NCBI RefSeq assembly: GCF_006345805.1
Contig: NC_043007.1
Location: 54,684,001-54,748,000 of the forward strand
From: Octopus sinensis
Taxonomy: Eukaryota
Direction: 5' to 3'
DNA: 64,000 nt
Below, in pieces: positions 1 through 13,029 of the stretch. Every line of letters starts with the position of its first letter. Position 1 is the stretch's first letter. Under the pieces are notes generated by a model. It ran no database searches, was not told where the DNA came from, and saw only the letters and a list, made by a program, of their open reading frames with translations. The translations under genes and the position numbers were made by a program.

Positions 1-1480
1 CTCTCAGATATCATGAAGAAATTTCATCAAGCTCAGTCTTTCATGGATCTCTTGACCAAAAGTGCTGATACTGCCATGAACACTGATATAGATAGCAGGC
101 ATAATGTAGTAGATCCTGCTCTAGCTTCTTTCTTTTCTTGTTTCATCCACTTCAACTATAATCCTCTCTCATTGTCAAACCCTACGAGATTCCATGTAAT
201 GAGTATTCAGGCTGTTGTCATTGGAAATCATTCTGCCCAAATATGCAACCTTCTTCACCCCACTTAGAGGGTGATTGGCAATTATATTTGTAGGGTGATG
301 TTTCAGCACTCCAGGTTTAAGTGGATACATGTGTCCAGTCATTTTAACATTTATTGACAAAATGGAAGCTGTTGCCACACATTCTAAATTGTGTGTAATT
401 TTCTAGAATGCACCACCAGATCTCAATTGGCCTCTTTGCCATGAACCCTAACTGCTCCAGCTTCTGAAAGGCAAGCAGATGATCTTGCACTGTTAAGAAT
501 AACCCTGACCAAGATCTTACCAGTCACTGAGAGGAGTGTAACAGCTTTATAGCTGTTGCTGCTTTAGCAGTCATCTTAATAGAGAGGGATAATTGTGTCC
601 CTCTTCTAGTCAAGATCATCAAGAAAGGTGGGTCTGCTGCAGTCTAGTTCTTGTGGCATATCATCTGCTCAATCTTTTCTGATTGAGCAGATGATCTGCC
701 ACAAGAACTAGACTGCAGCAGACCCACCTTTCTTGATGATCTCTCCACTGATGCTACAAACACTAGCTACCTTCCTACCATTCAGCTTGCTTAGATATTT
801 GAAGAGTTGATAACTCAACTGAGTTGTGGAGCACTCACTGGTGAAACTAGGATTTTGCTAATGATGCAGTTGATTCTTACTGAGTCTGTGGATAGTTTAA
901 GGAGTGCTCTCTTTTCACTTAGTAATGAAGTAGTACCACTTGGCCTGAGAATTGATATCTGAGCTGGAGGACAAAGGTCTGGGTCTTCAGATCCCTGGTC
1001 GTCCCTGCCTTGCACTCTGGTTGCAAAATTTAGACACTATTGGTGGCCTTTAGGAGCCACCTGTACTCCTTTGGTATCAGGGTGCTTTGCAGGATGACGT
1101 GTTACCATTTGCCAGATATAGTGTCCACCCAATGACTATTCTCTGAAACTGGGATACATCCTGTTATATGGATGATTCAGGAGCATCAGCTCAGAGTGTT
1201 TGGTCAGGTTGCTTAATTTTCTGAGTTAGATCTTGTGTATCTTATTCTTTTCTCTGAGGATCCAACTGGGGTGACAGCTCATGTTGGTTGACCATATGGT
1301 CATGATGAATGAGGAAATATCTCATAGAGATGGGGACTGACTGGAACACTGCTCAGAGGGTTGCCTGGGATAACCCAGGCAAATACCAACAAATAGTGGA
1401 TGCAGCAATCCACTACTATAGCAGATGACCCCATACCTGACCTAAACTGAATCATCAGATCTAAGTCATCAGAAATTATA
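1..1480 (-). mobile_element. Degenerate RTE-clade (BovB-like) LINE: endonuclease to RT remnant
   Basis: Minus strand gives frameshifted RT motifs (LLS..GKILVRVILN near 500-545; KVAYLGRMISND near 230-270) and an endonuclease-region-like remnant near 1110-1170. Many stops and frameshifts. Confidence 0.7.
613..742. repeat. Near-perfect fold-back hairpin: 62 bp arms, 6 nt loop
   Basis: 613-674 is the reverse complement of 681-742 with one mismatch (659/696); loop TTTTCT. Confidence 0.97.
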
Positions 1481-1608
1481 TTTCTTAACTTCCAGCACTG
1501 GCAGATGTTAAATAAACAACTTTATTATGATTCTACTTGGTGGTATCAAAAAGTTCCCAGACTTGTTATGTTTAATAAAAAAAATTAACTTATTTACCTA
1601 AGTTTTAA

Positions 1609-2951
1609 CATCATCATCATCATTTAACATCCACTTTCCATGCTAGCATGGGTTGGACGATTTGACTGAGGTCTGGCGAACCTGCCTCAAATCTGATCTG
1701 GCAGAGTTTCTACAGCTGGATGCCCTTCCTAATGCCAACAACTCCAAGAGTGTAGTGGGTGCTTTTACGTGCCACCGGCACGAGGGCCAGTTTGGTGGTA
1801 CTGGCAACGGCTACGTCCAAATGGTGCTTTTTACGTGCCACCTGCACAGGAGCCAGTCCAGTGCCACTGCCAACATCCTTACTCGAATGTTTCACATGCC
1901 ACCAGCACAAGTGCTAGTAAGGTGATGCGATAACAATCACGCTTGAATGGTGTGCTTAACGTGCCACCGGCATGAAGGCCAGTTTGTTGCTCAGGCAACA
2001 ATCTCACTTCTTTGGTACTCTTAGCGCTCCACTAGCAATGGATGCCAGTCACCGAGTTTAATTTCTACTTCGATTTCACTTGCCTCAACTGGTCTTCACA
2101 AGCAGAGTTTATTGTCCAATGAGGAAAAGGCATGCATAAGTGGACTGGTTGCCCCCTAGCATAGGCCACAAGGTTATGGTCACACTTGCGCTTGCCGAGT
2201 CTTCTGGAGCACAGCATATTTCCAGAGGTCCCAGTCACTAGTCATTGCCTTGGTGAGGCCCAATATTTGAAGGTCATGCTTCACCACCTTATCCCAGGTC
2301 TTCATGGGTCTACCTCTTCCACAGGTTCCCTCAACTGCTAGGGTGTGGCACTTTTTCACACAGCTATCCACATCCATTCTCGCCACATGACTATACCAGC
2401 ACAGTCATCTCTCTTGCACACCACATCTGATGTTTCTTAGGTCCAACCTTTCTCTGAGTACTAACACTCAGTCGAGTATGCATACTGGCATTACACATCC
2501 ATCGGAGCATGCTGGCTTCATTCCTTGCGAGCTTAAGCATATCTTCAGCAGTCACAGCCCATGTTTCACTGCCATGTAGCATGGCTGTTCGTACACATGC
2601 GTCGTACAGTCTACCTTTTACTCTGAGCGAGAGGCTCTTTGTCACCAGCAGAGGTAAGAGCTCTCTGAACTTAGCCCAGGCTATTCTTATTCTAGCAGCT
2701 ACACTTTCAGTGCACATTCCTCCACTACTGATTTGGTCGCCTAGGTAACAGAAGCTATCAACTACTTCTAGTTTTTCTCCCTGGAATGTGGCGGAAGTTG
2801 CTCTCTGCACATTTTCAGTGTTATATATAGCTCCTGAGCATCTGACACATATGAAAACTATCCTCCCAGTTAGCCTTCCTTTTATATTGCTACACCTCTT
2901 ATGTGTCCATAGCTTACACTGGGTACATCTTATAGAGTTTCTACCTACGCC
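1609..2951 (-). mobile_element. 5'-truncated RTE/RTEX-like LINE nested in the mariner
   Basis: (CAT)5 tail at 1609-1623, long 3' UTR, RT C-terminal frames 2180-2810 (EVVDSFCYLGDQ; TAMLHGSETWAVT; GRGRPMKTW). Confidence 0.92.
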
Positions 2952-3696
2952 TTTGAAATAGTCATCATGTGCAGCAATACATTAGTTCTAACATTCCTGT
3001 CACTTTTGGAGTCTGCCTGGAAGATGTTTTCCATAAGGAAGTCAAGGACCTTTTGTAATTCACTCTGGATCTCCACAATAATGTTAAAATGGTGACCTTT
3101 GAGCTGCATTTTCATCTTGAGGCACAGATGGAAGTCTGCAGGTGTTATATTTGGCAAATAGGGTTGGTGTAGAAGTGATACTATGTTGTTTTTGATGAGA
3201 AACTCACAATTGAGGAGAGCTCAGTGAAGAATCCAATTCTTCGCACTCCACATATCCCGTTGCTTTTGCCGAATGTCCTGCCTCAAATGCTTGAAAACAT
3301 CGCAGTAGAACTCAAGATTGATGGTCTGGCCCTGGAAGATGAATTCTCGATGCACAATACCACATTTCCAGAGGTGATACTCGTGGCAGGTCTTCCAGAT
3401 CACTCCTCATCTTCCAGGGACATTCTTCCGCCATTCAAAACATTGTGTACGACCCATTGCCTCGTCATTGTAAGCTTGCTGAAGCATGCTCAATGTCTCT
3501 GTAGCAGACTTCCCAAGTTTAATGTAAAATTTCACGTTAGCTCTTTGTTCCAACTTCCTGTCCATAACAAAAATTGCAGACTACAACATACTCAAGAACA
3601 AATTTCAGAACTTGTGAAGTAAACACAGTGATGTCACTTGGCACTTTGTCTCATAAAGGTCAATGCTAGCTTTCACTGCACACACAGCCATGTATA

Positions 3697-4068
3697 TCTC
3701 TCTCTATATATAAACGGCAGTTTGTCTGTGTGTGTTTCTGTGTGTCTGTTAGGTTGTACCCTCACCCTGACCACGGCTTTCAACCGATTCTGATGAAACT
3801 TGACACACACATAGCCCAATGTCATAATTCAAAACTAACGCAGCGAAAATTTTGAAAAGTTCCCCCAGTTCTGAAAAAAATCGATAAATTCGACAAGGGG
3901 TTGAGAATCAGAAACACAAGCCACAGACTGTCATGGGGACGCAACTCGACCTTTTTAACTAAAAAAAAATTTACCATCATTTTTTTCCATTTTTTGGCTA
4001 TAACTCTCTAAAAATGCTTTATAGTTATTTCCCTTACAAACCCGAGCAACGCCGGGCGATACTGCTAG
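3697..4068 (+). mobile_element. Non-autonomous Helitron nested in the mariner
   Basis: A|TC..TATATATAAAC 5' end followed by CTGT/GT repeats; 3' hairpin CCCGAGCAACGCCGGG (4041-4056) then CTAG|T (4065-4069). Confidence 0.85.
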
Positions 4069-4387
4069 TATATATATATTAGTCTGGGAACTTTTTGATA
4101 CCACCTTGTAAACCCTAAAACATTAGTTTTGGACTAACACTAAACTGATAAAGAGAGATATAGGGTTCAACCACTGGATCTTGGTAATATCCAATCCTTG
4201 AGCTTGGGGAGTAACTGGTAGGAATATACACAGATTACTGCTTCATTCTCTTTTATGAAAATGTTGAGCCTAAAACATTGCAGTAGTTGTGGAACAAAAG
4301 TGTTACTGTTTTTACCTTGTTTTCATTATAATTTATATCATTATTTCTATAAATGATCTAATCTTATAAATGTTCTTTAAATTTCAG

Positions 4388-4710
4388 GTGTGAATATTAT
4401 TCTGGTACTTGTTCCTATCTTGATTTCATTTTTACTCAGTGATAAAATACTGGTGTCATGTTCCCCAGCATCTAAGTTCTTACATGACCATGCATTGCAG
4501 CGTCTTATGAAAGTCGGTCCTTTGTATCCAAAAGATTTTCGCAGGGCAATGAGTTCTGCTGCAGATCTCAAGCCTCGTTTGGAAGCTGCAGTGAAAGCAA
4601 ACCAGACATCCCAAAAAATGGCACCAAACCAACAGAATATGAAGCTCAGTGCTCAACCAACGAAACCCACTATAACTTTGAAGACTGACTTCAGCAACTT
4701 CACTGGTTGA
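4388..4710 (+). CDS. HEATR5B: Terminal coding exon of HEAT repeat-containing protein 5B (HEATR5/Laa1 family)
   Basis: Acceptor TTTCAG| at 4387. Frame VNIILVLVPILISFLL..SPASKFLHDHALQRLMKVGPLYPKDFRRAMSSAADLKPRLEAAVKANQ..PTITLKTDFSNFTG* matches the HEATR5B C-terminus as I recall it (LHEFALQNLMHIGPLYP..F..VM..APELK.RLE.AV..PTIKLKT). TGA at 4708-4710. Upstream exons lie before the window. Confidence 0.9.
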
Positions 4711-5552
4711 CTTTGTTTTTGAGTTTTTGATTTTTGGACCAGCCTCTCACAGAAGTGCAACAGCTCTGTGTGTAGAGGCCAAGAAATTCAAGCTGATAAA
4801 GTTATATAGACCCAGAGATTTGCACTCATACACTCACACGTCTATATTATACATTTGTATCTACCAACCTATAGATATGTTCCCAAAATATACATAAATT
4901 GACGTTTTAATGACCAAATATGAAATTAATTTCCAAAGAGAATTCTGCATTCATATATATTTCTGTGCAAAATATTTGACGGATACTATTCTGCCATCTC
5001 TGAGTGCTAATAATGATCTACTTCTAACAGCCACCCCTCCCCATCAAACAACAAGGATCTTTCTTTTTGTTGTTCAAACTGCTAATATGTATGTAAACTC
5101 AATAGTCCACTGCTGGTCTTTAATCCATTTCATTAATTTACCACCTTTACACCCGTTTAAATTCTCCATTTCTTTATTGCCCCACTCAATGGAACTAAGA
5201 AACTTTTGGTAAATGGAACTAAAAATTTTGTTCCCTCTTTTCCCCCAACTTTTTAATTTGGCATATAGTTTTAAAAAGTTTAACTCTAAACATAAACTGA
5301 AGTTGTGGAGTTCTAAAATTTCTTATAAGAAATTTTTGAATTTTGAAATTCTTACACCTCAGATCTTCATTTTGTTAACTAAATTGCTGCTTTTTATTTT
5401 AACTCCATTTTTAACGATAAAGCTTCTGTTAAGCGTAGCAGCATAGCTATTGTTTCTATTGTAGTACATACATTTTGATAATCTACCATACCAGCATGGA
5501 ACAAGATGACACAATAATGGGGTTAAAATTTATTATTATTAATTGTATTATT

Positions 5553-5558
5553 AATAAA
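5553..5558 (+). terminator. Candidate polyadenylation signal for HEATR5B (others at 5835 and near 5985)
   Basis: AATAAA about 840 nt after the stop; AT-rich context makes chance matches likely. Confidence 0.3.
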
Positions 5559-5767
5559 CTAAAAATCATTAATATGGAAGCACTTGAGATTGTGTAAAGA
5601 AAACCTGTTCATCACATTAGTTATCAATATTTTGATTCTTTTATTATACCAGCTGGCTGCCTTACTAGTAGGATAGTTTTGTCTGAACTATAAATTATTG
5701 CAACAATATCTCAAGCATATATTCATGTATGTGTGTATGCATGTGCACACACACAGATATTGACATG

Positions 5768-5798
<31 letters not shown>

Positions 5799-8700
5799 CT
5801 ATGTGTAAGTGTTAGGTACACATATGCACATATAAATAAAGCTAAACAATCAATATTTGTTTGCTTTTACTTCTGTCTACTGTCTATCAATTTTATTCAA
5901 AGTAGTTTTATAAATTAACAAAGCGCCTGCTAATATATTTTATTTGAAATAATGTTAGCAAATACTAGTAACTTTTTTCCACTGAAATAAAAAAAAATCT
6001 TAAAGATATATATAGCTTTTATAATTTAGTGTTTTGACACAATGACTATGAATTAGGATATTAGACCAGTGTTTACTTTCTTGAATAGGGAGAGCCATTG
6101 TGTTGTACTTTTGGGCAAGGGACATAACTCTGCCTACCTCTCTGCTAGACTAATATCAAAGTGATTAGTGATAAAATGGGCATCCAGCTATCAAAACAGT
6201 TGCTCCAGCAAAGCCATCCTACCTATATTAACACGTAAAATAATACCAATGTCAATATTAATGAGATTAAATTAGAAATTAGAAACCTTATTAGGAATTT
6301 CAATGATAATTGTTTTTTCTAATTAATAACAACAGTAAAATATATTTTGATTATTACATTTATCAATATCATCTTTATATAAATTTATCATTTGTAACCT
6401 AATATTCAATAACATAAATTATATAATCGTTTTTGTTTTTCATTATTATATTAACTGATCCAGGAAAATCAATATATAGTGTAAACTGTTGGTGTGTGGA
6501 AGGGTGGAAAATTTGAAGTTAGTGAAATTTAGACTTCATATATGAAATTTACTCTAATTTGATGGCTTGCAGTAACAGTTCACTTCATAAAACTTTCCTA
6601 ATGCACCTTGTAGCATAATTTCAATTCTTGCTGATTAATTTTGCTGGAAATCTTAATAAACAAATCTTTCAGTGACTTGCTGTGATAGTGTGTGTGACTT
6701 AAATTACTTTTATGTTTTATAGTAATTTTTTTTTTTGCATTCTGTATGTTTTCACTTTGAATTCTTTTGCATAATGTATTTGTGTGTTTTGGTTTGCATC
6801 TCCTCCCCCCACTTCTGCCTTTTCTCTCTCATTTTATTGTTTTTATTTTTACTACAGTCTTTGACAATCTTCCAATGTCTGGAACTTCATTGAGATGATT
6901 TTATTTTTTAATTCACCCACCTCTTTTGCTCAAAGGTTTTGTTGTTCTAGTTTTTGAAGCACTTGGGACATTTCCCCCCAGAGAAGGAATGCAGGTTTTT
7001 TTTTCTCTCCCAAGGAAAGAGATGAGGTCTGTACCACAGTAATGATAATAATATTTTAGAGGGAATTGAACTTTGAATATTGTTGTTGACTGAAATGTGT
7101 AGCATAAAAGCTGACAGAACTGATACTATCTCTCAGTAGGTTGATCAATGCCATTGTCACTCATCTATCATATACATTCATTATTATAAAATTTGAGTCA
7201 CAAATTGTTTTTCTACTTTTCATTTTTTTTTTTTATGATTCATTCAAGGACAATTTTTAATATTAAAAATTTCATTAACATCCTATTGCAACATATAATT
7301 AGGCTGCAATACATGTTTTGCTGTTTTTAGTTACTAATATGTACAATTAGTTGATAGCTATATGTAATTTAGTGGATTGTTATCCATCTCAACCTGAGCT
7401 TGGTTAATTCACTTGATTTGTTTTTATAGAACAAGATTAAATTACTTGATTTTATTCTAAGCGTACATACATAAATGTGTGTATTTAAAAAACAGTTCAT
7501 TAGAATATTATAGCAATCAGTTATTAAATTTGAACACAAAGATTGTGTAGTTACATTTATTGATCAAATGAAAACATGTTTGAAATTTATTAATCTTATA
7601 TAAACTTAGCTATGTCAGTAAACTCTAAGTGAATAAAACAGAATATCGGTTTTAGGTTTTTAGTTTTTTCCGGTGTAATACTGCTCTTAGGATAAATAAA
7701 AACTTGACAGCAGGAAGAAGGTAAGGTTTGCAAGTTGTACAACATTAATTTTGAGAAATATCACATAGGTCAGTCAAGCATAGAAGGCAGCTGAGAGTTA
7801 GGCATTAGATACTGTTTGTGAAAGGGAAACTCAAAGGGAATGATTTTTGTTGAGAATAGATTTCAAAACATTAATAAAAATTACTATAGTTAGTAATTGA
7901 TGTAAAGTGAAATATATATAATATACATACATACATGGGGAGAGACAGACAGACAGAGAAAAGCCAAAGAAATGCTGATATAAAAATTGTGAACATTGAC
8001 TAACTGAACAGAATTGGAGTTAATAGAATAAATGATTGGATCCTAGAAGAGAGGCCATTTTGCAGGCATATTCTTGTCTCTACATCTCAAAAGCAGAAAA
8101 ATAATGAGAAAACGAATGAGCAAAATTATAAAACATACTTCACAGTGGTCATCTATATCCTCTGTAAATAAGAAAAGGTTTTGTGGTTTGTATAAACATT
8201 TTATAAATTTTGTTATTCATTTGGAGCTTGGCACTGCTCTGTAGCTTGCCAGATCCTGTCAAACTGTCCAACCCATGCCAGCATGGAAAATGGACATTAA
8301 GTGATGTAGTTCAAACTGTGGGATTTAGTTTTATCAAAAAAAGTAGCATTCAAAACATTTAGTTGGAGTTATATGCCTTCAATAAGTTTGACTCAGCGTC
8401 ACATAACTAAGTTCTGTGGGTATCGACATCAGGTGTTCAGAGACAGTCAAAAGAATTTGAAAGAAAGTATTCAGGCCTCCATTGGTTATTTTTGCTATCA
8501 TAGCAACATCAGTTATTTTATTGGTAGGTTCACATGGAGCCAACAGGATGTTGACATCACTTTTCACTCTGTACAGTGTGATATTTCAGCTCTTTGGCTT
8601 GTTACATTGGCACATAGCAGAGCAGACAAGATGTTGGTATCCATTTGTCATCATTCTGTAGGGTGTACTATTTCAGTGATAGCAGCTATCACATGGGAAA

Positions 8701-9398
8701 TAGATGATTTGATAGTGTCAAGTTAAGTATGAGTTTGTATGACTGACAGGAATTATAGTCAGATGGAATCTCTACAAGCAGTAGGAATTATATACACTGC
8801 CATTGTGTGTGGACCAGTTTGACATAGATTGGTACATTCAGGTTATTAGTGGCCAACAGCTTAAATTCAATTAGCAGCATACTTTTGATGGCTACAGTAA
8901 GGTAGATAATTTCCCTATTGATGGATACTGAGGAATGCTGAAATATGTGCAGTTTCTGATGGAGATAGAGTTGGCTATTAAGAGCCCCAGATGAGTAAGG
9001 AAGAGTATGATAGCAAAAATGACCATGTGACCTTATCTCACCAATGGAGGCCTATATATTCTCGCCAGTATGCCATTTTAAATTTGTTTTGAATCCTCTC
9101 CACTGCCTCCTAAAATCTGATGATATGGATGTGTCCTATGCTCACAAAACTTTAATGTGGAGCTGAGCCAAACTGCAATTTTATACACACACATACACAA
9201 ACAGGTTGACTAAGCCTTACATCATTGAAAGTTCTGTAAATGTAAAACCATGTTTAGCTCTTCAGAGGCTTTTGGCATCTGATAAGCTAGATATCATTTC
9301 ACATCTGTAAGTAATGCAGCTGAATCAACTTGTTAAATCATTTAGCTTTCATAACGGGTTGAGTGTTTTATTTTTTTCTTTGTAACCTATATATGTTA

Positions 9399-9401
<3 letters not shown>

Positions 9402-9484
<83 letters not shown>

Positions 9485-9515
9485 TATATGTGTGTGTGTG
9501 TGTGTATATATATAT
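9402..9515. repeat. (TA)n/(TG)n microsatellite
   Basis: Direct inspection. Confidence 0.95.
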
Positions 9516-11734
9516 CTGTATATGTGTATGATTCACAGTATGACTAAGAAATGGATCTGAGTTCAGATCAGTTAAAATGACTGGGATTTCAAGGGCAATA
9601 AGATTGGGGCAATATGTAGTAAGAAAGTATGTTAAGTGGATGACCAGCTGCTATGATGTCTGTTGGTGGCCAGAGTAAAGTTAGGGAATAGTAAATAAAT
9701 TAGCACAGAGTTTAGATTAAAGATAGAAAATACCTGAAAGCAGGACCTAAGGGAAGACTTTTAACATGCCCCATCTCATGAAGAAAAGTAGATGTGGAAA
9801 TAATAATGAGAAAAGAAATAGGTGGTGATCTGCAAGAAAAAAGTTGTCCATAGGAGAATTTGTGAAAGAGTTATAAATTGATTTTCTGTGAGGAATCTCC
9901 TCATGGCAGATTAATTTACCAAACCTTCATAATGTTATTAAGATTATTCTAAGTTCTGTGTGTCAAATTCATTATCACTGTATTGTATTTGTTGGTTTTC
10001 TCCACTTTTAAACTATTCTAATTTCGTTTTTCATTATTTTTCTGCCATTGATAATTTGCTATTAAATGATTTACTTTGCATAGATTTGGACAATTTTTAA
10101 GCTGTTTACATATTTGATAAACCTACTATTGCAGTGGTCAATCACTTATCTGTACATATATTATCAAAATTCTCTATTTCTGCTCACACAATTTGGGTGG
10201 AAACAATTTTATTTTGGATATCAAAATAAGAAACATGCCATGTATTGTCTCTACTGACCTAAGCTTGGATAGTTATTCAATTTCTTGTGATTTAGATGGC
10301 TCATTGATTTGTTTTTGTTTATTATTTAGTTCCCATTACAGTTTGTTTTTTCATTGAAAATTACTTCAAAAGTATTTCTTTTAATGTCTTATCAGAAATA
10401 TTTGGATATTGATTTCCTTACTACAAAATTGTTACTGCTAACTGCTGCATTTTCTTTTTTCTGGTTACTCTCTATTTTGTTGTTTCACTGATACCAGTTC
10501 TTTTTACAAACTTCAATGTTTAAGTAGTTCCTCTACAATGATTTCCAAATTGAATTATATATATTGCTAATTAATTTCAATTCTAATCCATACACAATTA
10601 ACTTAATTTAGTTTAGTTTGTGAAATAACTAATAGAACAACTGTAGCTGATATACATGGCCATCTTTAAGTATCCTTATCTTCCACTCTTCATTGTAAAA
10701 CTTATACTTTTTATTTGAAATCATCAACTTATTATTCTTGTAATTCTAAAATGTCCACCATATGTTTTGTGATTATGTGTTTAAACTTCCAGATAAGTTT
10801 TTAAATGGTAGATATTCACCACGGAGCAATATATCAAATGTGTTGGATTTTACTTTAGGTTTTGTTTTTTAAGGATTTTAATTTCACTCCCAATTCAGCA
10901 AACTTACTGTATACTATTATTTTCTGTATTAAAGAAAAAGAAGGAAATCAATAAAATGTTCAAACCTCTGCAAATCAATAAAACATATTACCAAAATATA
11001 AATGGTTGAATATGTTAATGTATCATTATTTATTGAACAGCAATGGCCTCATTGATAAGTTATTGAATGTTTCATTGTGAGTTTAGTTTTGGCATTGAAC
11101 TATATTTATTTGGGGGACAAAATACTTATCTTTATGAGGATTATTAAGAAATGATTATGTATTTGTTATATTTCAGATATTTACATAAATATACTAAAAG
11201 GATGAACTGGTCATGTTTCTTCAACTTTTTCCCCTCTGGTGGCAGACTTTAAATTTAGTTGCTGGTGATCCCTACTTTTCTTTCAGAACATTTCAACTTA
11301 TACTTTTATTTTTGTCAAAGCCTCCAACATATGAATATGAGAATTTACAGCACCCTTTGACACTTGGTTTAAAAAAAAAAAGTTGAAAAACCTTGATATA
11401 ACTTGAGTTCATATTATCTTGTTACCTTGATATTGTAAAAAAAAAAAAATAAGCATTTGTGGGTTTTGAGTCTTTCATTAAATATTCTGTGGGACTTTAT
11501 GATGAAGAAAAAATATGAATACATAAAAAAAGAAATTAATTATCACTATATACCAGCTTGGTTGGATATAATGAACCAAATCGAATTGGGTAGTTGCAAT
11601 GCTGGCAAAATATTCCTGGGTGATTTCAAGTGGTTAACTACTTCCATGTTATTAGTTCAAATTTCACCCTTCGCATGAAGTAAGAAACTAATGCTGTTTA
11701 GGCAGGCATGGGAGTAAGAAACTAATGCTATTTA

Positions 11735-11900
11735 GGCAGGCATGACTATGGTTAAGAAGCTTGCTTTGTAATCACATTTTGGGTTCGGTCTCACTGCCTA
11801 GCACCTTGGGCATGCGTCTTCTTCTATGGCCCCAAATTGACCAATCCCTTTGAATTTGGTAAATGGAAATTGTGTGAAGCCTGTCATATATAGATGTGTG
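11735..11900 (+). mobile_element. Degenerate tRNA-derived SINE, 5' part
   Basis: Diverged match to the family head (TGGTTAAGAAGCTTGCTT..GCACCTTGGGCA..). Confidence 0.7.
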
Positions 11901-12321
11901 TGTACTGATAATTACTGCAGTGCTGCAGATTCTTGGTGAACCAAATCTAAAAATCCAGTTATTATTAAAGCCATTTAATTTAATTTATGCTGGTAATCTA
12001 AGCATAACTACCCTATTTAACACAACTATTTTCATCATATTTGAAGCTTAATGTCTGTTTCAGAAATTATTATTTACTGGCAATATGAATTTTCAAACAA
12101 GTTTGGATTCCTTGTTGAATTTTTATTACTCAATCCTCTTCAAAAGATATTTCACAATATCACATCTCCATTACCATCAAAACCAAATATTGTTCCCTGT
12201 TTTACTGAAGTAGACCAAATATTTTAATAGTTAATACAGTGGGCAGAAACAAAAAGCACTGCTAAAAGTATTTTCTACAATATTTAATAGTGACAATTTA
12301 ATTGGTTTTATCTCTACTTCT

Positions 12322-12882
12322 ATGTAGATAGAAGTACAAAAGATTTGGTTAATAGTTCAGGAAAATCTATTCAAACTGAAGAAAGAAATTTCAATCCTTT
12401 GATGTCATCTTTATGTCCTTTAGGTGTTTATTGTAAGGAAATGATATTATCATTTTTGAGAATTGTTAAGTAATAATGATTTAGTGTTGTGTTTAAGCAA
12501 AGCATCAAAGTTATTAAAATATTAGAACTGTTTGTATTTCTGTTTCATTATCAGTTTCATGTCACTGATGCTTTTTTCATATATTGAACTTAGAAATTTT
12601 ACTTCGCGGTTCACTTACCTTAATATTCAACAACCAATAAGATAAATACCAGTTGAGCACTGGGGTTGATCTAATTGACTCATTCCCTCCCCTGAGCTTG
12701 CTGGCCTTGTGCCAAAATTTGAAAGCATTATTACTTAACAATTCTCAAAAATAATAATATTATTTCTTTACAATGAACACCTAAAGGACATAAAGATGAC
12801 ATCAAAGGATTGAAATTTCTTTCTTCAGTTTGAATAGATTTTCCTGAACTATTAACCAAATCTTTTGTACTTCTATCTACAT
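12322..12882. repeat. Inverted repeat: 157 bp arms, 247 bp spacer
   Basis: 12322-12478 versus the reverse complement of 12726-12882: 4 mismatches, outer ~107 bp identical. The spacer ends in a SINE 3' fragment. Confidence 0.93.
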
Positions 12883-13029
12883 CATGTTTCAGTTGGTGTA
12901 TCCTTTCTTCTTAACTGTCCTCAGGCCTTGTATTTTCATATATTTAATCCTTCACTGGTAGAAAACCACACAAACTCATACCTAAAGAAAACATAAAACA
13001 TATTAGTCCAGAAAAAAATAACTTGACTC

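Larger units (their letters stand above)
1536..4108 (-). mobile_element. Mariner DNA transposon, decayed, with both TIRs and two nested insertions
   Basis: 28 bp TIRs at 1536-1563 and 4081-4108 (25 bp perfect: GGTGGTATCAAAAAGTTCCCAGACT), each flanked by TA (1534-35, 4109-10). Minus-strand transposase pieces: GIVHREFIFQGQTINLEFYCDV (3221-3403) and PADFHLCLKMKMQLKGHHF (2945-3157). Confidence 0.9.

Noticed and set aside
3224-3622. 132 aa plus-strand ORF
   Set aside because: Antisense to the mariner transposase; similar shadow ORFs occur opposite the LINE RTs (2509, 24336, 24669, 27095, 35306).
3790-3800. CTGATGAAAC in the Helitron
   Set aside because: No room for stem II; it is part of the usual Helitron subterminal AACCGATT..GATGAAA motif.
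8300-9360. Possible DNA-transposon remnant around ORF 8373-8726
   Set aside because: No motif or terminal repeat that I could identify with confidence.
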